A DNA stretch of 64,000 bases from an uncultured Acidobacteriota bacterium (GTDB lineage: Bacteria; Acidobacteriota; UBA6911; RPQK01; JAPXNP01), in NCBI GenBank assembly GCA_963823995.1, contig CAWGNQ010000006.1, positions 503,685-567,684 on the forward strand, read 5' to 3'. Shown here one piece after another: positions 1 to 8,680 of the stretch. Every line of letters starts with the position of its first letter. Position 1 is the first letter of the stretch. The translations under genes and the position numbers were made by a program. The notes beneath the pieces are model-generated. The model saw nothing but the letters and a program-made list of their open reading frames with translations, made no database searches and was not told where the DNA came from.

Positions 1-1908
1 CTTGGCGCCGATAGCGGCCAGCTGCGATTCGAGCTTCTGCTGTCGAGACCGGTAATCGGCGAGTCCCGGGACGCGGTCGGGGATTCGTCTGTAGAAACCC
101 AGGTAGCCGCCGGCCCGATTGAACTCGGCCAGCACATCGAGCGTTTCCACCGGGATCGATTCCACCTCGGGCAGAATCACCGCCTCGTAACGCCCCGTTC
201 CAATGGCCAGTCGTCCGGACTCGATCCGGGCCAGGCGGGTCAACGCGTCGTCGTTGAGAAAATCGAAGTCGAAGCCGGCCGTTCGGAGCCCCTCGACAAG
301 CTCTTCGCCGAGACTTTGTTCGATCGCCTCGTCGAAATGAAATCCTCCGATGCCCTTGCGGGACAGGATGTCGGCCATCGGGATGTAAATCGCGACGCGA
401 TTCACGGCCTCACCCCGGCGAAGAACCGACGCACAACGCCGGACGTAAGCGGCAAGATGGTGATAATGGCGCCACCAGGTGTTGGTCGGATTGATGTGGG
501 TCGACGCGTAGAATCGCCAGCCCGGCAGTCCGGCCTGGAGAGGGGAATAGGAGTAGCCGTGGTTGACGATCTGGTTGATGCCGTCCAGAAACGCCGCGTC
601 GGTCGCGGCCTTCATCATCTCCAGGTTGACCATGAACATCGGCATCCGAAGCCACGTATAGGTCTCGGCCGAGACGACGGGCTTCGAGTAGACGTGAGCG
701 GCGGAGGAGGCGAGCCGACGGTGCCGGATGTTGACCTTGTTGACGTCGCCTCCGAAGATCGTCTCGCCTTCCGGAATGTCGACGGTCCCGTAGGCCTTCA
801 TGATGTCGCCCATGGCCCCGTGGGCTTGGACACGGGAAGGAATTCCCTTCGCTTTGCACCAGTCGGCCAGTCGTCCGAAGAAGTTCTCGAGCGTGAGCTC
901 GGAAAGCGTCTGGTGATAGTCGTACCGGATGCGTTCGGCCGCCTCGTCCGTCGGCTCGATGAGCAGGTGCATTCGCTCGACGAGGTCGTACCCGCGGCGC
1001 TTGCGGAATTCTTCGAGCAAGGAGGGCGTCCAGTCGGCACCGTAGACTTCGAGACTGTCGCAGAAGACATTGTCGAAGACCGGAGCGCGTCGAGCGGCCA
1101 GCTCCTCGAGGGTTCGCTCGCCGGTTGCGTCGAGAAAAAGATCCAGCGACGGCCGGGCGAAGTGGTCGATGACGTAGCCTTCCATGCCGAGCGTGGGGCG
1201 TTTGACCTGCATGTAGGTCGGTGCATCGATGGCGGCGTAGAACCGCCACCTTCCCGCTCCGACCGTCAGCCCTTCGCTTCCCAGCTGTTTGATTTCAGCC
1301 TGACTCAGGATTCGCGATGCCGGCTCGTCGGCGGACTGAACGAGAGATCGTCCGGAGACGGTCGCGACCCGCTCGCCTTCGCCCAGCTCAGCCGCCGGAT
1401 TCCATTGAATCCTCGCCGGACCGTGGAATTCACGGGTCAGGAAGCGGATTCGGCGAGCGGCCTGGTCGAGCTGGACGAAGGGACCGCCGAACGGCCAGCC
1501 GCTGCCGAGCGTCAGATCCACTTCGAGCCCGAGCCGGTTTCCCTGCTCGACGGTAAAGGCGAGAAGGTCGTACCAGCGGGCCGAGAAAAAGGGAATGTTG
1601 AGGATTCCACGGTCGGGATCGTCGATCGCGACCGGATACACGGGTTGGATCTCCGCCCCGCCGATTCCGGCATCGCGCATGCTCTCGAGCTCGCGGGCAA
1701 TTTCACCCCGGGTCACCGCACCGCCGTACCACCACCAGCGCGTCTTCGGCCGGCAGTCGAGAGGAGGTTCGCTCAGGGCGTTCCAGAGAAGATCATGCAC
1801 GTTCGCTGGTCCTGGAGTCTGTGGCGCTCCTCGAACTCTCTTCGAGAGCAGGGGAAGACCCGCGCTGTAGCCAAGGAAAGCCCGCCGATTCAGTTTGCGC
1901 TGTTCCAT
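1..1908 (-). CDS. Secreted glycoside hydrolase, GH106-like (alpha-L-rhamnosidase-type TIM barrel), TAT signal; 3-prime end runs off the window
   Basis: This ORF is missing from the provided track because it has no stop inside the window. Manual reverse-complement translation in the frame ending at position 1 gives a continuous ~636 aa protein starting at ATG 1906-1908: MEQRKLNRRAFLGYSAGLPLL... (twin-arginine motif NRRAFLG), then WWWYGGAVTRGEIARELESMRDAGIGGAEIQPVY, typical of GH106-type hydrolase N-termini. The plus-strand ORF 316..2079 is its antisense. Confidence 0.7.
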   Translation of the reverse strand, partial: MEQRKLNRRAFLGYSAGLPLLSKRVRGAPQTPGPANVHDLLWNALSEPPLDCRPKTRWWWYGGAVTRGEIARELESMRDAGIGGAEIQPVYPVAIDDPDRGILNIPFFSARWYDLLAFTVEQGNRLGLEVDLTLGSGWPFGGPFVQLDQAARRIRFLTREFHGPARIQWNPAAELGEGERVATVSGRSLVQSADEPASRILSQAEIKQLGSEGLTVGAGRWRFYAAIDAPTYMQVKRPTLGMEGYVIDHFARPSLDLFLDATGERTLEELAARRAPVFDNVFCDSLEVYGADWTPSLLEEFRKRRGYDLVERMHLLIEPTDEAAERIRYDYHQTLSELTLENFFGRLADWCKAKGIPSRVQAHGAMGDIMKAYGTVDIPEGETIFGGDVNKVNIRHRRLASSAAHVYSKPVVSAETYTWLRMPMFMVNLEMMKAATDAAFLDGINQIVNHGYSYSPLQAGLPGWRFYASTHINPTNTWWRHYHHLAAYVRRCASVLRRGEAVNRVAIYIPMADILSRKGIGGFHFDEAIEQSLGEELVEGLRTAGFDFDFLNDDALTRLARIESGRLAIGTGRYEAVILPEVESIPVETLDVLAEFNRAGGYLGFYRRIPDRVPGLADYRSRQQKLESQLAAIGAK

Positions 1909-1917
1909 TGCGGTAGT

Positions 1918-1962
1918 GTAGGACAACCTTCCGCGGTTGTCCCGGTGCCCGAAAGAACGGTC
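1918..1962 (+). repeat. Copy 1 of a ~46-bp palindromic element (GTAGGACAACC-N6-GGTTGTCC-CGGTGCCCGAAAGAACGGTC), 10 nt upstream of the start codon of the minus-strand GH gene
   Basis: Perfect 8-bp inverted repeat GGACAACC/GGTTGTCC with a 6-nt loop. About 90% identical to a second copy at 40342-40387. Confidence 0.6.
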
Positions 1963-2209
1963 CCGAGCTTCCCCACGCGCATACCTGGTTTTGATGCACC
2001 GTGCGGCTTTCTCGGTAGCCACTGCTTCGGGCAGCGAGAACGTTTCCCTACTCTAGGGCATTCTTCCATTCCGGTGTAAGATTGGGACCTTGCAACTTCG
2101 AGGTATCGCCAGGACGCGCGGGAACAAAACCGCGCTCGAATGGAGAAGAATCCGATGAAAGATTCTGTTCACTTGCGCAAGGCACGCTCTTACAGCCGCA
2201 CCCATCGTC

Positions 2210-4723
2210 TTGACACTCCTGATCATCCCTTGTTGGCCGCCGCCGGAGGTGTCCGGTCAGAACAACCAGCTCAAGCTCAACGACCAGGGGTACTTCGAGG
2301 AGACCGGTTTCAACGTGTTCGTTTTCAGCGATCAGTACAACGGGATGTTCTTCGACGAGAAGACGGCCGGAATCGAGCTGATCCATCATGGCGTCCGAAC
2401 GGCCACGGGCGGTGCCGTCAGGCTGAAGCCGACCCCCGAGCAATGGGATCAGATTCCGAAAGTCGTCGATCGAAAAGTGGACAAGGCGAGCAACACGATC
2501 GAAGTGACTCTCCGGTATGAAGCTTTCGACTTCGACTCCAGACTCGTCGTCACGCCGAAGGATCAGGGCGTCTCGATCAGCGTCTATCTCGACAAGCCTC
2601 TGCCTGCAGAGCTCGAAGGGCGCACCGGGTTGAATCTCGAGTTTCTGCCCTCCGCCTATTTCGAGAAGACTTATCTGATGGACGGTCAACCCGGAATCTT
2701 CCCGCTCTACCCATCCGGGCCCATGGTCGTGAAGCCCGCCGGTACGCAGATTCGCCAGTTCGAAGGCTACTCGACTTTCGACGATCGAGGGCGGGGCGAA
2801 TACGTGGAGCCTGATCCGATTGCGATCGGCAAGACTTTGGTGCTGGCACCTGAGGATCCGGAACGCCACATTGATATCCACAGTCTCACCGCCGACCTGA
2901 TGCTGCTGGATGGCCGCAATGTCGCGCAGAACGGATGGTTCGTCGTCCGTACCCTGATTCCTGCGAAGGCCACGGGCAAAGTCGCTGAATGGTATCTGCG
3001 GCCCCATACGATCCCCAGCTGGAAGCGGACCCCCGTCATCGGGTTCTCGCAGACCGGATACCATCCCGACCAGCAGAAGATCTCAGTGATCGAGTTGGAC
3101 CGGAACGACACCCCCCTGCCGAAGGCTTCGGTCTATCAGGTGACGGCCTCCGGCGACGAGGTCGAAAAGCTGACGGGTGACGTCAAGCCCTGGGGCGAGT
3201 ACCTTCGCTACCGGTACGCCACCTTCGATTTCAGCTCCGTCAAGGATCCCGGTCTCTACGTCATCAAGTATGGAGATCAGAAGACCGATCCGTTTCCCGT
3301 CGGGCCGGAGGTACATAAGGACATCTGGTACAAGACCCTCGATGTCTGGTTCCCCGTGCAGATGGACCATATGTTCGTCAATGAAGCCTATCGGGTCTGG
3401 CACGGTGCGGCGCATCTGGACGACGCGCGGCAGGCGCCCGTCAACATTCAGCATTTCGACGGCTATCGGATGGGGCCTTCGACCGAGACGAAGTACAAGC
3501 CGGGAGAGCACATTCCGGGACTGAACGTCGGTGGCTGGTTCGATGCCGGAGACTACGACATCCGGACAGGCTCTCATTCCAGTACGATCATGTACCTGGT
3601 CGATACCTGGGAGAATTTCAAACCGGAACGGGACGAGACGCTGGTCGATCAGGCGCGCCGTTTTGTCGACATCCACCACCCGGACGGAAAGGCGGACATA
3701 CTCCAGCAGATCGAGCAGGGCGCGCTGGCACTCGTCGCGCAACACCGGGCCTTCGGCCGGGCGATTCCGGGGATCATCGTTCCTCACCTGCATCAGTATC
3801 ATCACCTCGGTGACGGTTCGACTCAAACGGACGGTCTGCTGTACAACCCGGAACTGGAGCCTCATCAGACCGATGGGTTCAGTAGCGGCACGCCCGACGA
3901 TCGATGGGCCTTCACGAACAAGTCCGCTGCGAACAACTACGTGTCCAGCGCCGCTCTGGCGGCGGCCAGCCGCGCGCTGCGCGGTTTCAACGATCCACTG
4001 GCGGACGAGTGTCTGGCGGATGCTGAAAAGGCCTGGAACGACGAACGCGAGGCGCCTGCTTCCAACGAAGCCGGCTTCATGGCGGCTTTTCGCCAAAGTG
4101 CAGAATTGACGTCGACGCTTCAGTTGCTGATCGCGACGAAGGATCAGAGATATGCAGATCGCTTCGACGAGCTGATCTGGCCCGCCCTGGATCGTGCGCT
4201 GGGTCGAAGCATCTCGACCGCCGTGAGGGCGGTACCGTATCTCGATTCGGCGTTCAAGGAAAAGCTGCAGCCCTATGTCGTCAAATACAAAGACGAGGCC
4301 GCCGGCCTGTACAAGCAGAATCCCTACGGCGTTCCGATCACCACGGGCGGCTGGGCCGGCAATCAGACCGTCATCAACTGGTCTGTCACGAACTATCATC
4401 TCCACAAGGAGTTCCCCGAGATCTTCGGGCCTGAGTATGTCTACCGCGGACTGAATTACATCCTCGGTTGCCATCCGACCTCGAATGTCTCGTTTGTCTC
4501 TGGCGTCGGGACCCGTTCCAAGAAGATTGCCTACGGAAACAACCGCGCCGACTACACTTTCATTGCCGGCGGAGTGGTTCCGGGAGTGCTGGTCCTCAAA
4601 CCGGACTTTCCCGAGAACAAGCTGGACTGGCCCTTCCTCTGGGGTGAGAACGAGTATGTGATCGACATTTGTGCGGAGTACATCCTCCTCTCCAATGCGG
4701 TCGACCACCTGCTGGGCGAGTAG
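2210..4723 (+). CDS. Glycoside hydrolase family 9 (endoglucanase/glucosaminidase-like) with a long N-terminal domain; true start probably ATG 2155 followed by a 1-nt indel
   Basis: Carries the GGWFDAGDYDIRTG GH9 signature and a C-terminal WGENEYVIDICAEY motif. The listed ORF starts at a TTG with a poor N-terminus. The same frame stays open back to 2159 and encodes a signal-peptide-like KILFTCARHALTAAPIVLTLLIIPCW. ATG 2155, with a GGAGAAG Shine-Dalgarno 5 nt upstream, lies 1 nt out of frame, just before an AAA run. Confidence 0.8.
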   Translation: MTLLIIPCWPPPEVSGQNNQLKLNDQGYFEETGFNVFVFSDQYNGMFFDEKTAGIELIHHGVRTATGGAVRLKPTPEQWDQIPKVVDRKVDKASNTIEVTLRYEAFDFDSRLVVTPKDQGVSISVYLDKPLPAELEGRTGLNLEFLPSAYFEKTYLMDGQPGIFPLYPSGPMVVKPAGTQIRQFEGYSTFDDRGRGEYVEPDPIAIGKTLVLAPEDPERHIDIHSLTADLMLLDGRNVAQNGWFVVRTLIPAKATGKVAEWYLRPHTIPSWKRTPVIGFSQTGYHPDQQKISVIELDRNDTPLPKASVYQVTASGDEVEKLTGDVKPWGEYLRYRYATFDFSSVKDPGLYVIKYGDQKTDPFPVGPEVHKDIWYKTLDVWFPVQMDHMFVNEAYRVWHGAAHLDDARQAPVNIQHFDGYRMGPSTETKYKPGEHIPGLNVGGWFDAGDYDIRTGSHSSTIMYLVDTWENFKPERDETLVDQARRFVDIHHPDGKADILQQIEQGALALVAQHRAFGRAIPGIIVPHLHQYHHLGDGSTQTDGLLYNPELEPHQTDGFSSGTPDDRWAFTNKSAANNYVSSAALAAASRALRGFNDPLADECLADAEKAWNDEREAPASNEAGFMAAFRQSAELTSTLQLLIATKDQRYADRFDELIWPALDRALGRSISTAVRAVPYLDSAFKEKLQPYVVKYKDEAAGLYKQNPYGVPITTGGWAGNQTVINWSVTNYHLHKEFPEIFGPEYVYRGLNYILGCHPTSNVSFVSGVGTRSKKIAYGNNRADYTFIAGGVVPGVLVLKPDFPENKLDWPFLWGENEYVIDICAEYILLSNAVDHLLGE

Positions 4724-4791
4724 ATCCGGGCAGGCCGGCCGGATCGATGGCTGCCGGGGGCCGGGACCCCGGCAGCGCGGAGGAGATACCC

Positions 4792-6829
4792 ATGAAATCT
4801 GTTGCCTTTGATGGGGAGGTCCGGAAGGGGACCCCCGACCACGTACTGAGAGTTCTGTCTTTCGCTTTCCTGATCTTCGGGGTGTCGGTCCTGTTCGGAG
4901 CCTGCACCCGACCGTCGCCGGCTTCCGCCGCGGAAGAGACCGTCCAGCCCGGGATTGCCGTGCTCCTCGTCGACACCGACCGTGTCATGGGAGAGATCGA
5001 ACCGGGCGTCTACGGCCAGTTCCTCGAACATATCAACCATTCGGTCGTCGATGGTCTCTATGCCGAGCAGGTCCGGGGCCAGGGATTCGAAGGGAACGAC
5101 TTCGAGACCTACTGGCAGCCCTTTGCCGAGCAGGGCAGTCAGGGAAGCGCGGACGTTGTCGAAGGGCAGTTTCCCAACGGGGAGAAAGGTGTCAGGCTGG
5201 ACGTTTCCGGCGGCACGATCGGCATCCGGCAGCGGCGGATCGACCTCGAGGTGGATCACGACTATGACGGATCGGTCTGGCTCAAGCCCGAAGAGGGATC
5301 AGCGCAGGTTGTTCTTCGAGTGAAGGACTCCACCGGGGTCGTAGTGGCGCAGACGCCTCTCGAGACCCAAGGCTCGGATTGGCAGGAGGCGTCCTACCGC
5401 TTCTCGTGCCCGAAGGCCGACACCGAGGGGATGGTCGAGATCTCCGCCTCGGGAAGCGGGCGGGTGCTGGTGGACTTTCTGTCGATGATGCGGGCCGACG
5501 TGCGTAAAAACGGAATGCTGCGTCCCGACCTCCTCGAGGCACTTCAGGATCTCGAGCCACCGTTCGTCCGCTGGCCCGGCGGATCCTTCGCTTCCTTCTA
5601 CAACTGGAAAGACGGTATCGGCCCTCGGGTATCGCGCAAATACCGCCCCAATGAGCTCTGGGGCAATTACTCCGATTACAACGGATTCGGTGTGGACGAG
5701 TTTATGGAGTTGTGCCGACAGTTGGGGGCGGAGCCGTTGATCTGTCTCAGCGCGACGAGCACGAAGCCCGAGGAAATCCAGAACGCCATGGACTGGGTTC
5801 ACTATGTCAACGACCCGCCCACGACCGAGTGGGGGAAGAAGCGTGCGGAGAACGGCCACGCAGAGCCCTACAATGTGCGTTACTTCCAGATCGACAACGA
5901 GCCGATGAACCACGGCCTGACTCCGGATCAGTACGCTGAGATCGTGAACGTCTATGGGAGTCGGCTGAGGAAGATCGCTCCGGAAGCCAAGATCGTAGCC
6001 TGCGGACAGAAGCGGTCCAACGACATGGTGTGGAGCGAGAAGGTCATCGATGAAGCCGGAGAGAACTTCGACATCCTCGGTTGCCACAACTATGAATACG
6101 AGCCCGAGAACTTCGAGACGGGTCTCCGCCGGATCCAGGATTATCTGGTCAAACTCAGGGATTACGTCAGGGCGTCCGCGCATCCGGACATCAAGCTCGC
6201 CGTGCTGGAGTGGGGCCTGTGCCGGAGCTATGCCTGGCGTGCGGGGCTGCACACGGCGGGCAGTCTGATGATTTACGAGAAGCTGAGCCCCGAGCTGGAG
6301 ATGAGCTGTCCCGCGCTGCTGATGCGGAACACAACGGACGACCCGACCTGGACGGCCTTCATCTACCATGATCATGTCTCATGGTTCCCGGGATCGGGAT
6401 ACGTCGTGGAGAGAGCTGTTTCGGGATCACTTCGCGGAGAAGCATTTCGCATCCACGACCGGGACCTTTGCAGATATCGAGCATCGGAGCGAGTTCTTCG
6501 ATGGCATTGCTCAGATGAAACCCACTGACTGGAAACCCGGAACAGTCGACGCGATCGCTACGGGCAGTGCCGACGGCAAACGCATCGTCATCAAGGCGGT
6601 CAACTACGAGCCGACGAGCAACGTGCTGCTCACCCGGCTTCAGGGTTCCGGAGTGCCCGAGAATGCCGAAGTGAAAGTGTATTCGGTCTCCGCCGGTCTG
6701 GACGACGCCTGTTCGATTGAGAATCCTGGTCGGATTGCTCCTCACGAATCGAGCATGGCTTATTCGAAGGATCTGACGATCGACCTGGATCCCTACGAGG
6801 TGGTCGTGGTGGAGATTACGGCAAGATGA
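4792..6829 (+). pseudogene. GH51 alpha-L-arabinofuranosidase (lipoprotein signal LFGAC) interrupted by a +1 frameshift near 6408-6415; may be an assembly error
   Basis: Start is ATG 4792 with an AGGAGA Shine-Dalgarno 7 nt upstream; signal MKSVAFDG...VLFGACTRP. Catalytic domain shows VRWPGGSFASFYNWKDGIGP and QIDNEPMNHG. Frame 1 turns into nonsense after ...FIYHDHVSWFPGSGYVVE, while ORF 6368..6829 in frame 2 continues with ELFRDHFAEKHF...SADGKRIVIKAVN, the conserved GH51 C-terminal beta-sandwich. The junction sits in a GAGAGAG dinucleotide run. Confidence 0.75.
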
Positions 6830-7073
6830 GTGTCGAGTTTCGGGGGCGCGTTGCCCGAATGGCCTCAGCCGTGGTCTGGTTTGAAATCTCGGTCTACACG
6901 CGAAACCTCGGCGGTTCGATCTCTCGCAAAGCCGCAGAGAACGCAAAGGTTTTCTTTGTCTCTGAGTCCCTCTGCGACCTTGGGACCTTGGCGTGGAATC
7001 GGACCTGCAGGTCTCGACAGCTGGGCGACAAAGGTCAAGGCAGGGTCCAAAGGGTTTGGGCAAGACGCCCCCG

Positions 7074-7102
7074 GGTTCCGAGTTCCGAGGCTCAGAGTTC
7101 CT
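7074..7102 (+). repeat. TTCCGAG heptamer tandem repeat (gttccgag-ttccgag-gctcagag-ttcc) in the GH51/GH29 intergenic region
   Basis: Direct reading. Related copies lie at 15124-15146 (+) and 40485-40506 (-), each just 3-prime of a hydrolase gene on the gene strand. Confidence 0.5.
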
Positions 7103-7152
7103 TCGGCCGCCCATCGAAGAGCCGTGGGGGATGGGAGGACGTCCGCTTCCCC

Positions 7153-8676
7153 CTGGGAAAGCGGAAGCTTCGCGCCTCCGCTTCCGCGCTCCAAAGCGGC
7201 TTCGCCGCAGTATTGCTGCTGATCCGTCTCACTTCTCTCGGCTTTGCTCAAAATGCCGTGCCGCCGCCGCTTCCCGTGATGCCGATTCCCACTGAACGGC
7301 AGCTGGAATGGCAGCAGCGCGAGCTGGCCATGTTCGTCCATTTCACCGTCAACACCTTCACCAACCGGGAATGGGGAGACGGGACCGAGGATCCTGCAAT
7401 CTTCGATCCGTCGGAGCTCGACGTCGTCCAGTGGGTAAAGGCGGCCCGGGAATTCGGTTTTCGTTCCGTCGTCTTGACCGCAAAGCATCACGACGGCTTC
7501 TGTCTCTGGCCCAGTCGCTACACCGATCACTCGGTTCGCAGCAGCCCCTGGCGCGACGGTCGTGGAGACGTGGTGGGCGAACTCGCCCGGGCCTGCTCCA
7601 AGGCCGGGATCCGCTTCGGAGTCTATCTGTCACCCTGGGATCGTCACGAACCGAGCTACGGGAACGAGCTTCAATACAACCTGTACTATCTGGGACAGCT
7701 GCGCGAACTGCTGACGGGCTATGGACCGCTTTCCGAGGTCTGGTTCGACGGCGCTAAAGGTGAAGACGCCCGGGACATGAACTACTATTTTCAGACGTAC
7801 TGGGCCCTGGTCCGCCAGCTGCAACCGGGTGCCGTCATCTTCTCGGACGAAGGCCCCGACGTCCGCTGGATCGGAAACGAGCGCGGAAGCGCCGGCGAGT
7901 CCTGCTGGTCGATGCTGGATCGATCCAGAGTGTCGGTCGGGAAATCCGACACCGATTACCTGAATACGGGCGATCCCGACGGACCACAGTGGGTTCCTGG
8001 AGAAACGGACGTCTCGATCCGCAAAGGCTGGTTCTGGCATCCCGATCAGAAGCCGAAGTCGGTCGGGGAACTCGTTGACATCTACTTTCACTCCGTAGGA
8101 CGAAACAGCGTGCTGCTTCTCAACGTGCCTCCGGACAACCGGGGAAGGCTTCCTGAGCCCGACGTCCGCCGGCTTCGGGAATTTCGGAGCGCTCTGGATT
8201 CGATCTTCCGAAAGGACCTGGCTGCGGGGGCGACCGGTCGGGCCGGCAATGTACGGGGAGGGTCACCCGATTTCGGTGTGGAAAAGACGCTGGACGGTCA
8301 ACTGGAAACCTACTGGGCGACGGATGATGCTGCTCGATCGGCGTGGGTGGAATATGATCTGGGCAAACCCCGCCGCTTCAATGTCTGCCGGTTGCAGGAG
8401 CCGATCCAACTGGGTCAGCGCATCAGGCGCTATCGCCTCGAAGTCGAGACTCCGTCGGGCTGGAAGGCCGTTGCGGAAGGAACGACGATCGGGTACAAGA
8501 AGCTCGACCGATTCGAGCCGGTGGAGGCCCGACGTGTCCGGCTGCGGATTCTGGATTCCCGGGCTTGTCCGTTGCTCGCGGAGTTCGGGCTCTACTTCGA
8601 TCCCGGCCGGGGGACTCGTGCCGCTCGAGCAGCGGCTCGGGGCCTGAAGAAGACAACAGTCCGAGAGCTTCGATGA
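7153..8676 (+). CDS. GH29 alpha-L-fucosidase with C-terminal F5/8 type C (discoidin) domain; start codon unresolved
   Basis: Shows ERQLEWQQRELAMFVHFTVNTFTNREWGDGTE and VVLTAKHHDGFCLWPSRYTDHS (GH29), plus a C-terminal TYWATDD...discoidin-like region. The signal-peptide-like KRKLRASASALQSGFAAVLLLIRLTSLGFAQNA has no in-frame ATG or GTG; CTG 7153 and TTG 7211 are candidates. ATG 7131 is 1 nt out of frame immediately before a C5 homopolymer at 7149-7153. Confidence 0.75.
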   Translation: MGKRKLRASASALQSGFAAVLLLIRLTSLGFAQNAVPPPLPVMPIPTERQLEWQQRELAMFVHFTVNTFTNREWGDGTEDPAIFDPSELDVVQWVKAAREFGFRSVVLTAKHHDGFCLWPSRYTDHSVRSSPWRDGRGDVVGELARACSKAGIRFGVYLSPWDRHEPSYGNELQYNLYYLGQLRELLTGYGPLSEVWFDGAKGEDARDMNYYFQTYWALVRQLQPGAVIFSDEGPDVRWIGNERGSAGESCWSMLDRSRVSVGKSDTDYLNTGDPDGPQWVPGETDVSIRKGWFWHPDQKPKSVGELVDIYFHSVGRNSVLLLNVPPDNRGRLPEPDVRRLREFRSALDSIFRKDLAAGATGRAGNVRGGSPDFGVEKTLDGQLETYWATDDAARSAWVEYDLGKPRRFNVCRLQEPIQLGQRIRRYRLEVETPSGWKAVAEGTTIGYKKLDRFEPVEARRVRLRILDSRACPLLAEFGLYFDPGRGTRAARAAARGLKKTTVRELR

Positions 8677-8680
8677 GACC

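Noticed and set aside
316-2079. 587-aa plus-strand ORF
   Set aside because: It is antisense to the well-supported minus-strand GH106-like gene. Its composition is Val/Asp/Arg/Gly-rich, typical of reverse-frame translation of GC-rich coding DNA.
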